From NCBI GenBank assembly GCA_016208855.1, contig JACQXF010000078.1:3491-67490 (forward strand): DNA of 64,000 bases. Reading direction: 5' to 3'. The number at the start of each line of letters is the position of its first letter. Within the stretch, counting starts at the first letter, position 1. The DNA is from Nitrospirota bacterium. Its GTDB lineage: Bacteria; Nitrospirota; Thermodesulfovibrionia; UBA6902; DSMQ01. The translations under genes were made by a program, and so were the position numbers. The notes below the pieces were generated by a model, which was not told where the DNA came from, ran no database searches, and saw nothing but the letters and a program-made list of their open reading frames with translations. Below are positions 1 to 9,904 of this stretch, in pieces.

Positions 1-415
1 GCCATCTTGTAGAGAATGTCTTTATATAACCTATAAGAGCCTTCTTCTCATCCATGGATAGTTCTTTATGAGCCGGCATGAAGGACCTTGTTATGCCCAT
101 ATCCAGAATACGCATTAAGTCCTCCTCAGAAGGCAGGCATCCTGTGGATGTTGAACGGAACCTGAAAACTCCTGTTGTAAGATCCCTTGGGATAATCTCC
201 AGTATGCGCCCGCTCTTCTCTGATTTCTTCATAAGTCCTGCGGTAATGCCCTTGCCGTCGCCTTTTAGCCCATGGCATATTGCGCAACGCTCCTCGTAGA
301 CCTTTTTCCCTAAGTCAGCCTTGACATCAGCCGCGCCTGCATTTCCCGCAACAAAAAATGCTGCTATAAGAAGCGTGAGAAAAGATATTAATACAGCAGT
401 TTTAAAATTTTTCAT
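1..415 (-). CDS. Monoheme c-type cytochrome (class I-like), partial because it runs off the window start
   Basis: The reverse strand from ATG (complement of 413-415) encodes MKNFKTAVLISFLTLLIAAFFVAGNAGAAD..., with a signal peptide and a single CAICHG (CxxCH) heme motif. It is absent from the ORF track because no stop lies inside the window. It is co-directional with the downstream cytochrome genes. Confidence 0.55.
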   Translation of the reverse strand, partial: MKNFKTAVLISFLTLLIAAFFVAGNAGAADVKADLGKKVYEERCAICHGLKGDGKGITAGLMKKSEKSGRILEIIPRDLTTGVFRFRSTSTGCLPSEEDLMRILDMGITRSFMPAHKELSMDEKKALIGYIKTFSTRW

Positions 416-461
416 GAGTCCTTCCATTTCAACCCTTCCTTCTTAAAAAAATTCTTAATTC

Positions 462-1886
462 TTAGTTTTTAGCTGCTATCTTACTCTGCGAAAGAATCTT
501 CACATAAGAAACTATATCTGCCATATCCTGCTCTGAAAGCCCCACGCCTGCCTTGCCAAAAGGCACCATCGGCGTGCCTGTTCTTCCGTCACGGACTGTC
601 ACAGCTAAAAATTCCGGATCTGCAGACTGGGTCACGGGATTCCTCAGGTTTATCCCGAGAAAGCCTGCTCCTCCTTTGCCGTCTTTGCCATGACAAAGGG
701 CGCAGCGGATGTTATAAAGTGTTTCGCCGCGCTTTGTATCAGTCTTAAAGCCTGCAAAATTAAACCTGGGCGCCCCGCCTGCCGGCCTCTCTTTGGCTAT
801 ATAGCCGACTATCTTATCTATATCCTGCTCTGAAAGTCCTGCTGCAGACGGCTTCCATGACGTCATCTGCGTGCCCTCACGTCCTTCACTAACAGAGCTC
901 TTCAGAAATTTATTATCAGCAATTCTAAGAAACGCTGGATTCATAATCGCAGGGATTGTGCGGTTAAATATCTCGTCAAAATAACTCTCCTTGCCTGCGG
1001 TATGGCAGGCGACGCAGTACTTCTTATATAAAGCGTCGCCGTCAAGCTCTGCCTCAAGAGACGGCCTTATGCGCCTGTATTCTCTCGGCATCTCTGTTGA
1101 CGTTATAGTCAGCACATATGTTGCAAGTGCGTCTGCTTCTTCCTCATTAAGAATTACCTTCATCTCGCTCTCAGGGACAAGCGCCCTCGGGTCAAGGAAA
1201 TGCTCCTTATGCCATGTATATTGAGTAGCCTCTCCCTTTATATGCCTCATAGGAAAATAAATCCTTGGCTGTGAACCTATTCCGTCAAGTACCTTACCTA
1301 AAACGCCTCCTACACCATCAACCTTGTGGCAGCCCCTGCAGCCCTTCTCATTAAAGAGCTTTCTGCCCTTGACAACCTTATCTGCTCCGTTCTTCTCAAG
1401 CATATTATAGTCATGGCACTGCGCGCATGAGCTCTGAATATACTTAACAGGCACTATCGGATAGTCATAATGCGCGTCATGCTCTACGGCATGGGCGTCT
1501 TTTGTGGTGGTTACCCTGCCCTGCCCGCCGTGGCACGAGGTGCAGCCGAATCTTGCAATAGGGTGTTTATCAAGGTAATTACCGCTATGCGTTTTATACG
1601 GAACCGCTTCCTTTGCCATCATCGGGTTTTCAACCCCAATATGGCAGCTTATGCACCTGTCAGCACTGTTGAGTTTATCAACATATATCTGCTGAAGTTC
1701 AATCTTAAATGCCTTGGCCTTTGCCTTTATAGTCTCGTCTTTGGCATTTTTCATATAGAGCTCTTTATATTTAGCCTGATACTTCTTCCATTCAGGCGTA
1801 AATTCTTTGTAGCCGGCAATAAGGACAAATATTAAAAGAACAATTGAAGACCACATTAGCAGTCCGGAATAAAACCTTCTATTCAT
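462..1886 (-). CDS. Membrane-anchored hexaheme cytochrome c, the cytochrome c subunit of a Rieske/cyt b complex
   Basis: 474 aa with an N-terminal TM helix and six CxxCH motifs (CISCH, CTSCH, CAQCH, CRGCH, CVACH, CALCH). The last two sit in class-I-like domains. It is adjacent to and co-directional with cytochrome b. Confidence 0.8.
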   Translation of the reverse strand: MNRRFYSGLLMWSSIVLLIFVLIAGYKEFTPEWKKYQAKYKELYMKNAKDETIKAKAKAFKIELQQIYVDKLNSADRCISCHIGVENPMMAKEAVPYKTHSGNYLDKHPIARFGCTSCHGGQGRVTTTKDAHAVEHDAHYDYPIVPVKYIQSSCAQCHDYNMLEKNGADKVVKGRKLFNEKGCRGCHKVDGVGGVLGKVLDGIGSQPRIYFPMRHIKGEATQYTWHKEHFLDPRALVPESEMKVILNEEEADALATYVLTITSTEMPREYRRIRPSLEAELDGDALYKKYCVACHTAGKESYFDEIFNRTIPAIMNPAFLRIADNKFLKSSVSEGREGTQMTSWKPSAAGLSEQDIDKIVGYIAKERPAGGAPRFNFAGFKTDTKRGETLYNIRCALCHGKDGKGGAGFLGINLRNPVTQSADPEFLAVTVRDGRTGTPMVPFGKAGVGLSEQDMADIVSYVKILSQSKIAAKN

Positions 1887-1933
1887 TTTCCTCTCCTCAC
1901 CTCAATCCTTAATTTAAAATTTAAAATTTTGAG

Positions 1934-3496
1934 TTAATGAACAGGCCAGTCCTTCTTTGACCAGTAGAAATCCCAGTTCGGGCCTCTCAGCTCTGTGCCG
2001 ACATATGTGAGTATCACAAAACTGACTAAGAACATTACAAACATGGCTATTGCGCCCATCCTCGTTGAGCCTGTCTTATTAATTATCATTAAAGACCATG
2101 CTGCCACAAAGCCGACCCACAGTGTGCCAGGATTTATTGCAATAATGACTAACTGCGGCACATCAGGCCACCATGTCCTTATCCATCCAAAATTTACTAT
2201 GAATACAAGCACGCCAATAAGCGCCGCTGTGCCGACAATAAATGATAGAAAAGCTATAACCTTGCCCTGTGTGTTTGAAAACCAGACTCCCACATAGCCT
2301 TCTTCCCTGTCAAGATAGGGTATTAATGCAAGCGCCACCAATGCCAGCGTCGGAAGCGCAATACCGCCCATAAACGCAGAATAAGAGACAAGCTCCTGAA
2401 GCCCTAAGAAATACCATGGGGCCTTGGCAGGGTTTTCAGGGATAATGGGGTTAGCAAGCTCTCTAAGCGGCGCGTCTATATATAGTGAATATACAAACAT
2501 GCCCGCAAATGTAAGCATAAAGACCGCAAGCTCTGCCCACATAAGATTAGGCCAGCTTAAGACAGCGTTTTCAATGTCATTATTAACTGCAGGCGTTCTG
2601 CCCTTGGCAAGCTCCATAAGTCCGTATGTCTTGTTGGTTGGGAATAGCCCGCCTTTTTTCTGAGGCGGCGCAAGGAACTTCTCGTCAGAGGGCCTTGGCT
2701 CAAACTCTTCAGGCCTTGTAAGGCCGCCGTCTTTACGTATCCTCCAGAAGTGAATGCCGAGAAAGATAATGAGTATAACAGGCAGAAACATTACATGAAA
2801 GAAATGAACCCTCGGAAGCGTTGCCTTCCCCGGAACTGTGCCGCCCAAGAAAAGCTCCTTCTGTAATCCTCCAAAATCAAAGTACTTCGTTACCCCAAGG
2901 ATGTCTGTAATTTCCACCGGCGAGCCTGCGATATTTGCGCCGATAACCATTGCCCAGTATGCAAGCTGATCCCATGGAAGCAGGTATCCTGAGAAGTTCA
3001 GTATAAATACCAGGACCATAAGTATAATTCCAACAATCCAGTTGAACTCCCTGCCCTTTTTATATGAGCTGGTGAAGAATACCCTTGCCATGTGAAGCAT
3101 GACAAAGAGTATCATTCCCTCTCCGGCCCATTTATGAATATTTCTTATGGTGTTGCCGCCAAAGACAACATACTTTATGTCTTTTACGGTATTGAATGCA
3201 TTCTCAATGGAGGGGTTGTAATATATCATAAGAAAAACGCCTGATACGAATGCAAAGAAGAAGAGAAAAAGAGAGATAAGCCCCATGCCAAATGTGTAAG
3301 CAGGCCTCAGGGTATTTATATGTGTCTTGGCGCCCTGAAGGTGGAGAAAAAAGTTATTCACCATCACGGCGGCCTTTGTCTTATCAGAGTCAAGCGTCTT
3401 GCTTCTTAGGACAGTGTTAGGAAGAAAGTTTATTATATCTTTCAGGTTTCCTATAAACTTGCCTATGCCGTTTTTATTTGATTCGCTCATGATCAC
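1934..3496 (-). CDS. Cytochrome b (fused b6/subunit IV-like, 520 aa) of a Rieske/cytochrome b complex
   Basis: Multiple TM helices, conserved cytochrome-b heme-ligand His, and a LLPWDQLAYWA region. An AGGAG RBS precedes the ATG. Confidence 0.85.
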   Translation of the reverse strand: MIMSESNKNGIGKFIGNLKDIINFLPNTVLRSKTLDSDKTKAAVMVNNFFLHLQGAKTHINTLRPAYTFGMGLISLFLFFFAFVSGVFLMIYYNPSIENAFNTVKDIKYVVFGGNTIRNIHKWAGEGMILFVMLHMARVFFTSSYKKGREFNWIVGIILMVLVFILNFSGYLLPWDQLAYWAMVIGANIAGSPVEITDILGVTKYFDFGGLQKELFLGGTVPGKATLPRVHFFHVMFLPVILIIFLGIHFWRIRKDGGLTRPEEFEPRPSDEKFLAPPQKKGGLFPTNKTYGLMELAKGRTPAVNNDIENAVLSWPNLMWAELAVFMLTFAGMFVYSLYIDAPLRELANPIIPENPAKAPWYFLGLQELVSYSAFMGGIALPTLALVALALIPYLDREEGYVGVWFSNTQGKVIAFLSFIVGTAALIGVLVFIVNFGWIRTWWPDVPQLVIIAINPGTLWVGFVAAWSLMIINKTGSTRMGAIAMFVMFLVSFVILTYVGTELRGPNWDFYWSKKDWPVH

Positions 3497-3502
3497 TCCT
3501 TA

Positions 3503-4006
3503 TTAAGCAACTTTAAATTTTGTCCCCTTCTTTACTTCCTTGCCTGCGTCTACAATAACGTTGCCGTCTTCATGCATGCTCACCTCAAGCCATGGCAGCG
3601 GACGCGGCGCAGGGCCTCCTATGACTTTTCCGTCCTCATTATATTTTGAGCCGTGGCAAGGGCACTGAAAACCCCACTCAGTGGGATACACAATGCATCC
3701 AAGGTGCGTGCATATTGCTGATATGGCAAAAAGCCCTTCGTTGTCTGCAAATATAAATACCTTTTTATCATCAAGCTTCTTTATAGTGCCTACAGGGAAC
3801 TCCTCAGGCTTTCCTATCTTAAATTTATGCGACTCCTCGTAATGAACAGTAGCCTTTGTAAACCTGACAAGCCCCAAAACAGCAGCTAATGAGGATACGA
3901 CTGCCGTGGCAATGCCTGCAAGCCCCAAGAAATCCCTTCTTGATACGCCTTCCTCTTTTCCTTTTTTATCAGGGTCTCTATGTGCACAATACATATTGTT
4001 ACTCAC
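3503..4006 (-). CDS. Rieske [2Fe-2S] iron-sulfur protein with a Tat signal
   Basis: CTHLGCIVYP...CPCHGSKY box I/II motifs and a twin-arginine SRRDFLGLAG. GTG start with a GGAGG RBS. Overlaps the upstream gene by 8 nt. Confidence 0.85.
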   Translation of the reverse strand: MSNNMYCAHRDPDKKGKEEGVSRRDFLGLAGIATAVVSSLAAVLGLVRFTKATVHYEESHKFKIGKPEEFPVGTIKKLDDKKVFIFADNEGLFAISAICTHLGCIVYPTEWGFQCPCHGSKYNEDGKVIGGPAPRPLPWLEVSMHEDGNVIVDAGKEVKKGTKFKVA

Positions 4007-5816
4007 CTGCCCATACCTCCTTAAATAAAAATCTCTCCATTGTTATTGCATCAACAGGGCACCTCTTTGCACAGAGCCCGCACCTGATGCATCTGTCTTC
4101 ATCTTTTATGATTGCCGAACCCTCTCCAACAGGGTCCTTGCCATATCTGACTTTATATAACTTAGCCAATGTCTCATCGCCCTTTATGCGGTCAAGGCTT
4201 ACAAGCCTGAAACAGTATTCAGGGCAGATATCAGCGCATCCGCCGCAGAGTATGCATTTGTCGCCGTCAAATATGGTATTGACAGCGCAGTTCAGGCATC
4301 TGCCTCCCTGCTCTTCTGCCATGCCTTTTTCAAAGCCTTTCTCAACAACATTAAATATGCTCTTTACCCTGTCAACTGCAGGCGTAGCCGGCACATGTTC
4401 TCTATGTAATTTCTCATAATCCCTGTACTGCGGGACCTCATTATCAGGAAGCTCTTTATGCAATTCATACTTATTTAGCGTGAGCTTCTGTTTGCTTATA
4501 TGCCCGTGTATTGCTATTGCTGCCTTCTTCCCGCTTGCCACCGCATCTATAACAAGCCTTGGCCCATAGGCAAGGTCCCCTGCAACAAAAAGCCCGGCCA
4601 AAGATGTAGAGACCTTATCCTCAGAGACCTTTATCATCCCTCTCTCTGTCATCTCAACATTGAGTCCGCAATTTTCAAGGAATGAAAAATCATATGCCTG
4701 GCCTATTGCAAAAAATACCGTGTCAGCAGGAATGGTTACTGTATCTGCCTCATCATACCTTGGGTTAAACCTTCCCTCAGAGTCAAATACAGAGATACAT
4801 CTCTTAAATGTCATTGACTTCACATTGCCGGACTCATCAGCGTCTACCCTGTGAGGGCCGTAGCTGTTAACCCTGTCAATTCCCTCTTCCTCGCCTTCCT
4901 CTATCTCAATCTTATCAGCAAGCATCTGCTCACGCGTCTCTATGCAGACAAGGGAAACATCCCTTACGCCCTTCTGCCTCATTGATGTCCTTGCCACATC
5001 ATAGGCAACGTTGCCTCCGCCTATAACAACTATCTTTGAGCCTATATTAACTTCTTTGCCTGTAAAAACATCTCTTAAGAAATCAACGCCTCCAAGGACT
5101 CCCTTATACTGAGCGCCTTCAATAGGAAGCATCCTTGACTTTTTTGCGCCCACTGCCAAAAGCACCGCAGCAGATTCATCGTATAGTTTTTTGAGCGGAA
5201 TATCCTTTCCTACCTGAACGCCGAGCTTTATCTCAACGCCCAATGCCTTTATTGCATCAATCTCTGCCTGAAGTATCTCTCTTGGAAGCCTGTAAGGGGG
5301 GATACCGACAGAGCACATACCGCCTGCTATATTTTCCATCTCATAAATCACAGGCTTATACCCCATCAGGGCTAATTCATGCGCACACGCAAGCCCTGCA
5401 GGGCCTGCGCCGATTATGGATATTGGCTTTGATGTGCCTTTGGCAATGCCTACGATTCCCGTGCCTTCGGTCTTGAATTTATTTGTGAAGTTATCTGCAA
5501 AGCCCTTCTTATCCTTATAAACCTCCGGGCCGTACTTCTCTGTAACAAAGCCTTTCAGCGCCCTTATAGATATAGACTCATCTATTGCGCCGCGTCTGCA
5601 CGCAGCTTCGCAAGGCGCGGCACAGATCCTGCCGCATATGGAAGCAAGGGGATTTGGCAGCCGCGCTATCCAGTAGGCCTTCTCGTAATCGCCCTCTGAT
5701 ATTGCCCTTACATAGCCGCGGGAGTCAGTGTTTACAGGACAACCTGTCTGACACTTTATATTTTGTCTCCAGAAGTTGTAATCAGGAATTACTACATGAA
5801 ATGTCTGCTTAGACAT
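3999..5816 (-). CDS. GltD/NfnB/SudA-like NAD(P)H-dependent FAD/Fe-S oxidoreductase with a C-terminal 2x[4Fe-4S] ferredoxin domain
   Basis: N-terminal Cys cluster typical of the glutamate synthase small subunit (CQTGCP...ICGRICAAPCEAACRR). Two Rossmann motifs (GAGPAGL, GGGNVAYD). C-terminal CILCGGCADICP and CIRCGLCAKRCP. First gene of the cytochrome operon. Confidence 0.8.
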   Translation of the reverse strand: MSKQTFHVVIPDYNFWRQNIKCQTGCPVNTDSRGYVRAISEGDYEKAYWIARLPNPLASICGRICAAPCEAACRRGAIDESISIRALKGFVTEKYGPEVYKDKKGFADNFTNKFKTEGTGIVGIAKGTSKPISIIGAGPAGLACAHELALMGYKPVIYEMENIAGGMCSVGIPPYRLPREILQAEIDAIKALGVEIKLGVQVGKDIPLKKLYDESAAVLLAVGAKKSRMLPIEGAQYKGVLGGVDFLRDVFTGKEVNIGSKIVVIGGGNVAYDVARTSMRQKGVRDVSLVCIETREQMLADKIEIEEGEEEGIDRVNSYGPHRVDADESGNVKSMTFKRCISVFDSEGRFNPRYDEADTVTIPADTVFFAIGQAYDFSFLENCGLNVEMTERGMIKVSEDKVSTSLAGLFVAGDLAYGPRLVIDAVASGKKAAIAIHGHISKQKLTLNKYELHKELPDNEVPQYRDYEKLHREHVPATPAVDRVKSIFNVVEKGFEKGMAEEQGGRCLNCAVNTIFDGDKCILCGGCADICPEYCFRLVSLDRIKGDETLAKLYKVRYGKDPVGEGSAIIKDEDRCIRCGLCAKRCPVDAITMERFLFKEVWAGE

Positions 5817-5918
5817 AACTCCTACTTAATTAAAATGCCCTTATAAGATTTAAGACAGAAAGAAGTTTAGACAACCTGCCCGCCTCTTTTCAGTAACTTA
5901 AGTCACAATTGTAAACCC

Positions 5919-6602
5919 CTATTGCTTTGTTGTCAAGAAACTCTTTAATTTTTCTTTGTCTATTTTAAGCCCCCTGATAGTGCTCTCCATAATAACCTTT
6001 TCCTTTTTCAGCCTTGACATTGTCCTTGAGACGACCTCCCTGACTGTGCCTGCCATAGATGCTATGTCGTGGTGGGTTACTGAAAGATATGCTATACCGT
6101 CTTCCTCAGGCTGTCTCTCCTCTGCAAGCCTCAAAAGAACCAAAGCTACCCTCTGCTCAACGTCCTTAAATGTAATGTCCTCTATAATGCCTGAGAGATA
6201 CTTTATCCTTCTGCAAAGCCCCTTTAGTATCTTAAAGCCTGTTTCGCTCATCCCGTTCTCAATGACTTCTTTAAAGTTCTCCTCCGGTATGGCTACAACG
6301 GTTGTGTTCTCCACACCCGACCTGCCGCCTGTAAGAAGAGGCGCACAGCAAAAATAATCGCCCTCTTTAAGCATCTTTATTATCAACTCTCTGCCGTCTT
6401 TGGATGTCTTAAATAATTTTATTGCGCCTTCCCTGATAATAAAGAAAAACTTAATCTCGTCTGACTCTTTAAACAGTACGTCATTCTTTGCTATCCTTTT
6501 AAGGCTTGCCTTTTGACCTAAGACTATGAGGTCTTCATCTCCAAGCCCTGAAAGACATGGCAGGATACGCAGTTGATAGTTTATCTCAGCAACTGAATTC
6601 AT
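5919..6602 (-). CDS. Crp/Fnr-family transcriptional regulator
   Basis: cNMP-binding beta-barrel followed by a C-terminal HTH (VREVVSRTMSRLKKE). Located immediately upstream of the cytochrome operon. Confidence 0.75.
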   Translation of the reverse strand: MNSVAEINYQLRILPCLSGLGDEDLIVLGQKASLKRIAKNDVLFKESDEIKFFFIIREGAIKLFKTSKDGRELIIKMLKEGDYFCCAPLLTGGRSGVENTTVVAIPEENFKEVIENGMSETGFKILKGLCRRIKYLSGIIEDITFKDVEQRVALVLLRLAEERQPEEDGIAYLSVTHHDIASMAGTVREVVSRTMSRLKKEKVIMESTIRGLKIDKEKLKSFLTTKQ

Positions 6603-6730
6603 AGGTAAATTAAGATAACTATTAATCCTAATTATGTCAACGCCAGCCTGATAGCCTGCCAGCCTGCTATATAAAACATCTGTCTATCAAGAATCGCTTA
6701 ATTTAGGTTAACAGTAATTATCAAGCCAAT

Positions 6731-8134
6731 TTAAATCATCCAGTACGGCAGCAAATAAATCAGAGTCTTATCTTCTTCAATTATGTCTGCGTCCTCAAAT
6801 CTTCCGACAAGCACGCCGACTTTTTCTTTCTCCTTTACAAGAAAACTCTTGATTCCTTTCAAATGTTTTGTCTGAATCTTTTTATCGCTTTTAATTTCTA
6901 TTGGCAGGAGCCTCTCGGGCGTATAAACAACAATATCAACCTCTTCTTTTGTCTTGGTCCGCCAGTAGTGAAGCCTCGACTCGCGCTTCATGGAAGACAT
7001 AATCGTATTGAACTTCTCTACAATTGCATTTTCCAAAATAATGCCATACTGCCCAAGTTTTTCTATCTGAGAAATACTGCCTAAATCAAGCAGGCTGTTT
7101 CTAATGCCGAGGTCTGTAAAATACACCTTCGGCGTCTTTAGTATTTCGCTTCTGATATTCCTTGAATATGTTGTAAGGTTTTTGATAATAAATGTCTTTT
7201 CAAGAAGCACGGAGTATCTCTTTACAGTGTCTACTGTTATTTCCAGTTGAGATGCGATATTTGAATAATTGAGAAGGTCTCCTATTCTTGATGCCAGCAG
7301 TTCCATAACCTTTTGGTAAACCCAGAGCTTATCTTCTTTTACAAGATTTCTGATGTCCTGCTCAAGATACGTATTTCTGTAATTTCTAAGGAGTATCTGT
7401 TTCTTTTCCGTATCTTTAGCAAGAACGACTGCCGGCAACCCTCCAGAAACCATGTATTCTTCAAAGAGTTTCTGTATTCTTTGTTTATAGGGCATTATTT
7501 CAGCCTGATATTTCTTTAAAGCCTTTTTATCCGGAGTTGTTTCTCCAAAAATAAACTGCCATATATTTTTCTTATCAGGGGGTGTAAATCCATGCCCTCT
7601 GAATATCTCAGCCTCAGAAAAAGGAGGAACAGGCACGGACAATACCCTGCCCGCAAGGCTTTCTTTTATCTGCGCTTTCAGTTCAAGGGAAGATGAGCCT
7701 GTCAGTATCCATTTGACAGGAAGCTTTAAATCATACAGGGACTTTATGTATTCAATAAAACCGGGAAGCTTTTGGACTTCATCAATAAAGACATAAATAA
7801 GTTTTTTCTGACGCTGAACTTCTTCTCCGAGGAATCTTTCAATTATTGTCAGGAACTTGTCAAAGGATGCAGAAAGCTCCTGTCTGAGCGAAAGGTCATC
7901 AAATGTAAAATAGAAAATCCTCTCCGGCTGAATATCTCTCTTAAGGAGATCTGAAATGAGCTGAAATACAAGGGTGCTTTTACCTGTCTGTCTTAATCCA
8001 AGAAGTGAAAGTATCTCCTTTTCTTTGATGAGTCTTAAAGCCATATCGTGTATATCACGAGCGATAATGTCTGGGGGTAAAGCAAAGGCGCCGCCTCTCC
8101 ACGCATTATAACTATAAAAAAGCCTCTCGTCCAA
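6731..8134 (-). CDS. AAA+ ATPase, COG1373 family (AAA_14 + DUF4143)
   Basis: Walker A GLRQTGKST, Walker B FIDEVQ. C-terminal DUF4143-like region. One of five paralogs in 7 kb. Confidence 0.75.
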   Translation of the reverse strand: MDERLFYSYNAWRGGAFALPPDIIARDIHDMALRLIKEKEILSLLGLRQTGKSTLVFQLISDLLKRDIQPERIFYFTFDDLSLRQELSASFDKFLTIIERFLGEEVQRQKKLIYVFIDEVQKLPGFIEYIKSLYDLKLPVKWILTGSSSLELKAQIKESLAGRVLSVPVPPFSEAEIFRGHGFTPPDKKNIWQFIFGETTPDKKALKKYQAEIMPYKQRIQKLFEEYMVSGGLPAVVLAKDTEKKQILLRNYRNTYLEQDIRNLVKEDKLWVYQKVMELLASRIGDLLNYSNIASQLEITVDTVKRYSVLLEKTFIIKNLTTYSRNIRSEILKTPKVYFTDLGIRNSLLDLGSISQIEKLGQYGIILENAIVEKFNTIMSSMKRESRLHYWRTKTKEEVDIVVYTPERLLPIEIKSDKKIQTKHLKGIKSFLVKEKEKVGVLVGRFEDADIIEEDKTLIYLLPYWMI

Positions 8135-8331
8135 AACTATATACCTCTCTAAACTTTCTTAAGATAATTTAGAGTATACTATAATAATTTATCAAAAGCA
8201 ACTTACTGTCAGGGGGAAATTAGCAGATAAACTTCTTATGCTGGACATATATATGCCTTGTATTTTAGCCAAAATTTAGCTATAATCACCCTGTATTTTA
8301 GCCATATCAATACTGAAAGGCGGGGATTTAA

Positions 8332-9660
8332 ATGCGCAGGGATATTGAGAAGGACTTAATTTTATGGAAATCACAAAAAGAGCGCTATCCTTTGATAATC
8401 AGAGGCGCTCGGCAAGTAGGTAAAAGTTATCTTATTGAGACATTCGGCAGGGCGCATTTTCAAAATCTTGTTGTTGTCAACTTTGAGTTTCAGCCCCAAT
8501 TAAAGGACTGTTTTAAATCTCTTGACCCATTTGAAATAGTCAATAAACTCCAGATGCTTCTGGGCACACAGATAAGAGCGGATAATACCCTGCTTTTTTT
8601 TGATGAGATACAAGAATGTCCACAGGCAATAATGTCTCTTAGGTATTTTAAGGAGAAGATGCCAGCGCTGGCTGTTATAGCAGCGGGCTCACTCCTTGAA
8701 TTTGCCATGAGAAGCCCAGACTTTCGGATGCCTGTCGGAAGAATTCATTTCCTTTATTTAGAGCCTTTGTCCTTTTCTGAATATCTTGACGCTACAGGCA
8801 ACGAGAAATTAAGGCAATTCCTCTCAGAAGTAAGTTTGACAGACGCAATTGATGATGTTATCCATAAGAAACTCCTTGAACTGCTTCGCATATATCTTAT
8901 TGTCGGCGGAATGCCCGCGGCGCTCAAGGAATATTTGGCAACAAAGGATTTGATGAACTGTCAAAGGATTCAGACAGCGCTTTTACAGATTTACAGAAGC
9001 GATTTTGGAAAGTATGCAAAGACTTCTCAGCATAAATACTTAGAAAAGGTGTTTAATGCCGCTCCTCGTTTAGCAGGGCAAAGGATAAAGTATTCAAGCA
9101 TTGACCCTGACACGCACTCAAGAGACTTGAAGAATGCGCTGAACTTGCTTGCCCTTGCAGGCATAGTTAAGCCGATATATTTAACAAAGGCTTCGGGGCT
9201 TCCACTTGGGGCGCAGATAAACGAGCAGAAATTAAAATTGAATTTTCTTGACGTCGGGCTAATGCAAAACGCCTGCGGCTTGCAAGGGCTGTTAATTACA
9301 GAAAATGATTTTATGCAGATAAATGCAGGCGCTGTCGCTGAACAATTTACAGGACAAGAGATAGCGGCATATTCTGACAAGCATCAAGAGAGGAGCCTTT
9401 ATTTTTGGGCGAGGGAGAAAAAGGGCAGCATGGCAGAGGTTGATTATGTCATAAATATCGGCGCAGATATTATTCCTGTAGAAGTGAAGTCTGGCAAGGA
9501 AGGCTGGCTTAAATCATTAAGGATGTTCATTGAGGAGAAAAACTCAAGGTTAGGGATACGGCTGTCTCAAGACAAGTTGTCCTATTATGATAAAATACTT
9601 TCCATCCCGCTTTATATGGCAGAGCAGATGACGAGATTAACAGAAGGTTTTCTAAAGTAA
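8332..9660 (+). CDS. AAA+ ATPase, COG1373 family (AAA_14 + DUF4143)
   Basis: Walker A GARQVGKSY, FFDEIQ. Divergent paralog of the neighbouring ATPases. Confidence 0.75.
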   Translation: MRRDIEKDLILWKSQKERYPLIIRGARQVGKSYLIETFGRAHFQNLVVVNFEFQPQLKDCFKSLDPFEIVNKLQMLLGTQIRADNTLLFFDEIQECPQAIMSLRYFKEKMPALAVIAAGSLLEFAMRSPDFRMPVGRIHFLYLEPLSFSEYLDATGNEKLRQFLSEVSLTDAIDDVIHKKLLELLRIYLIVGGMPAALKEYLATKDLMNCQRIQTALLQIYRSDFGKYAKTSQHKYLEKVFNAAPRLAGQRIKYSSIDPDTHSRDLKNALNLLALAGIVKPIYLTKASGLPLGAQINEQKLKLNFLDVGLMQNACGLQGLLITENDFMQINAGAVAEQFTGQEIAAYSDKHQERSLYFWAREKKGSMAEVDYVINIGADIIPVEVKSGKEGWLKSLRMFIEEKNSRLGIRLSQDKLSYYDKILSIPLYMAEQMTRLTEGFLK

Positions 9661-9766
9661 AGGAATTTATTTTCGTCACTGCACAATACTGAAGGCGCTT
9701 TCTGCTAACTCTTCTGCCATTTGTCAGTTAGTCCTTATTATTCATAAATTATTATTATTTTTATTA

Positions 9767-9904
9767 AGGAAGCTGGCAGGGTATAGTTTTGAGCGGATTT
9801 TTTTGCTGATAAGTTCAGACAGGATGTCTGAACAAGCAAACGCCTCGCAAACGCACAGGATGTGCGTTGAGAATGAGCCGAAAAATTATACCCTGCCAGC
9901 TTCC
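9767..9904. repeat. 138-bp element bounded by perfect 18-bp terminal inverted repeats, containing two hairpins with identical GGA loops
   Basis: The arm ggaagctggcagggtata at 9767-9784 is the reverse complement of 9887-9904. Internal hairpins are ttcagaca-gga-tgtctgaa and aacgcaca-gga-tgtgcgtt. Confidence 0.6.

Noticed and set aside
78-299. 73-aa plus-strand ORF at the window start
   Set aside because: The opposite strand encodes a convincing signal peptide plus CxxCH monohaem cytochrome c that is co-operonic with the downstream cytochromes. The plus-strand ORF has no support.
3889-4419. 176-aa plus-strand ORF overlapping the Rieske and GltD-like genes
   Set aside because: It is antisense to two strongly supported, motif-rich genes. 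It has no RBS or recognisable domain and a low-complexity composition typical of shadow ORFs.
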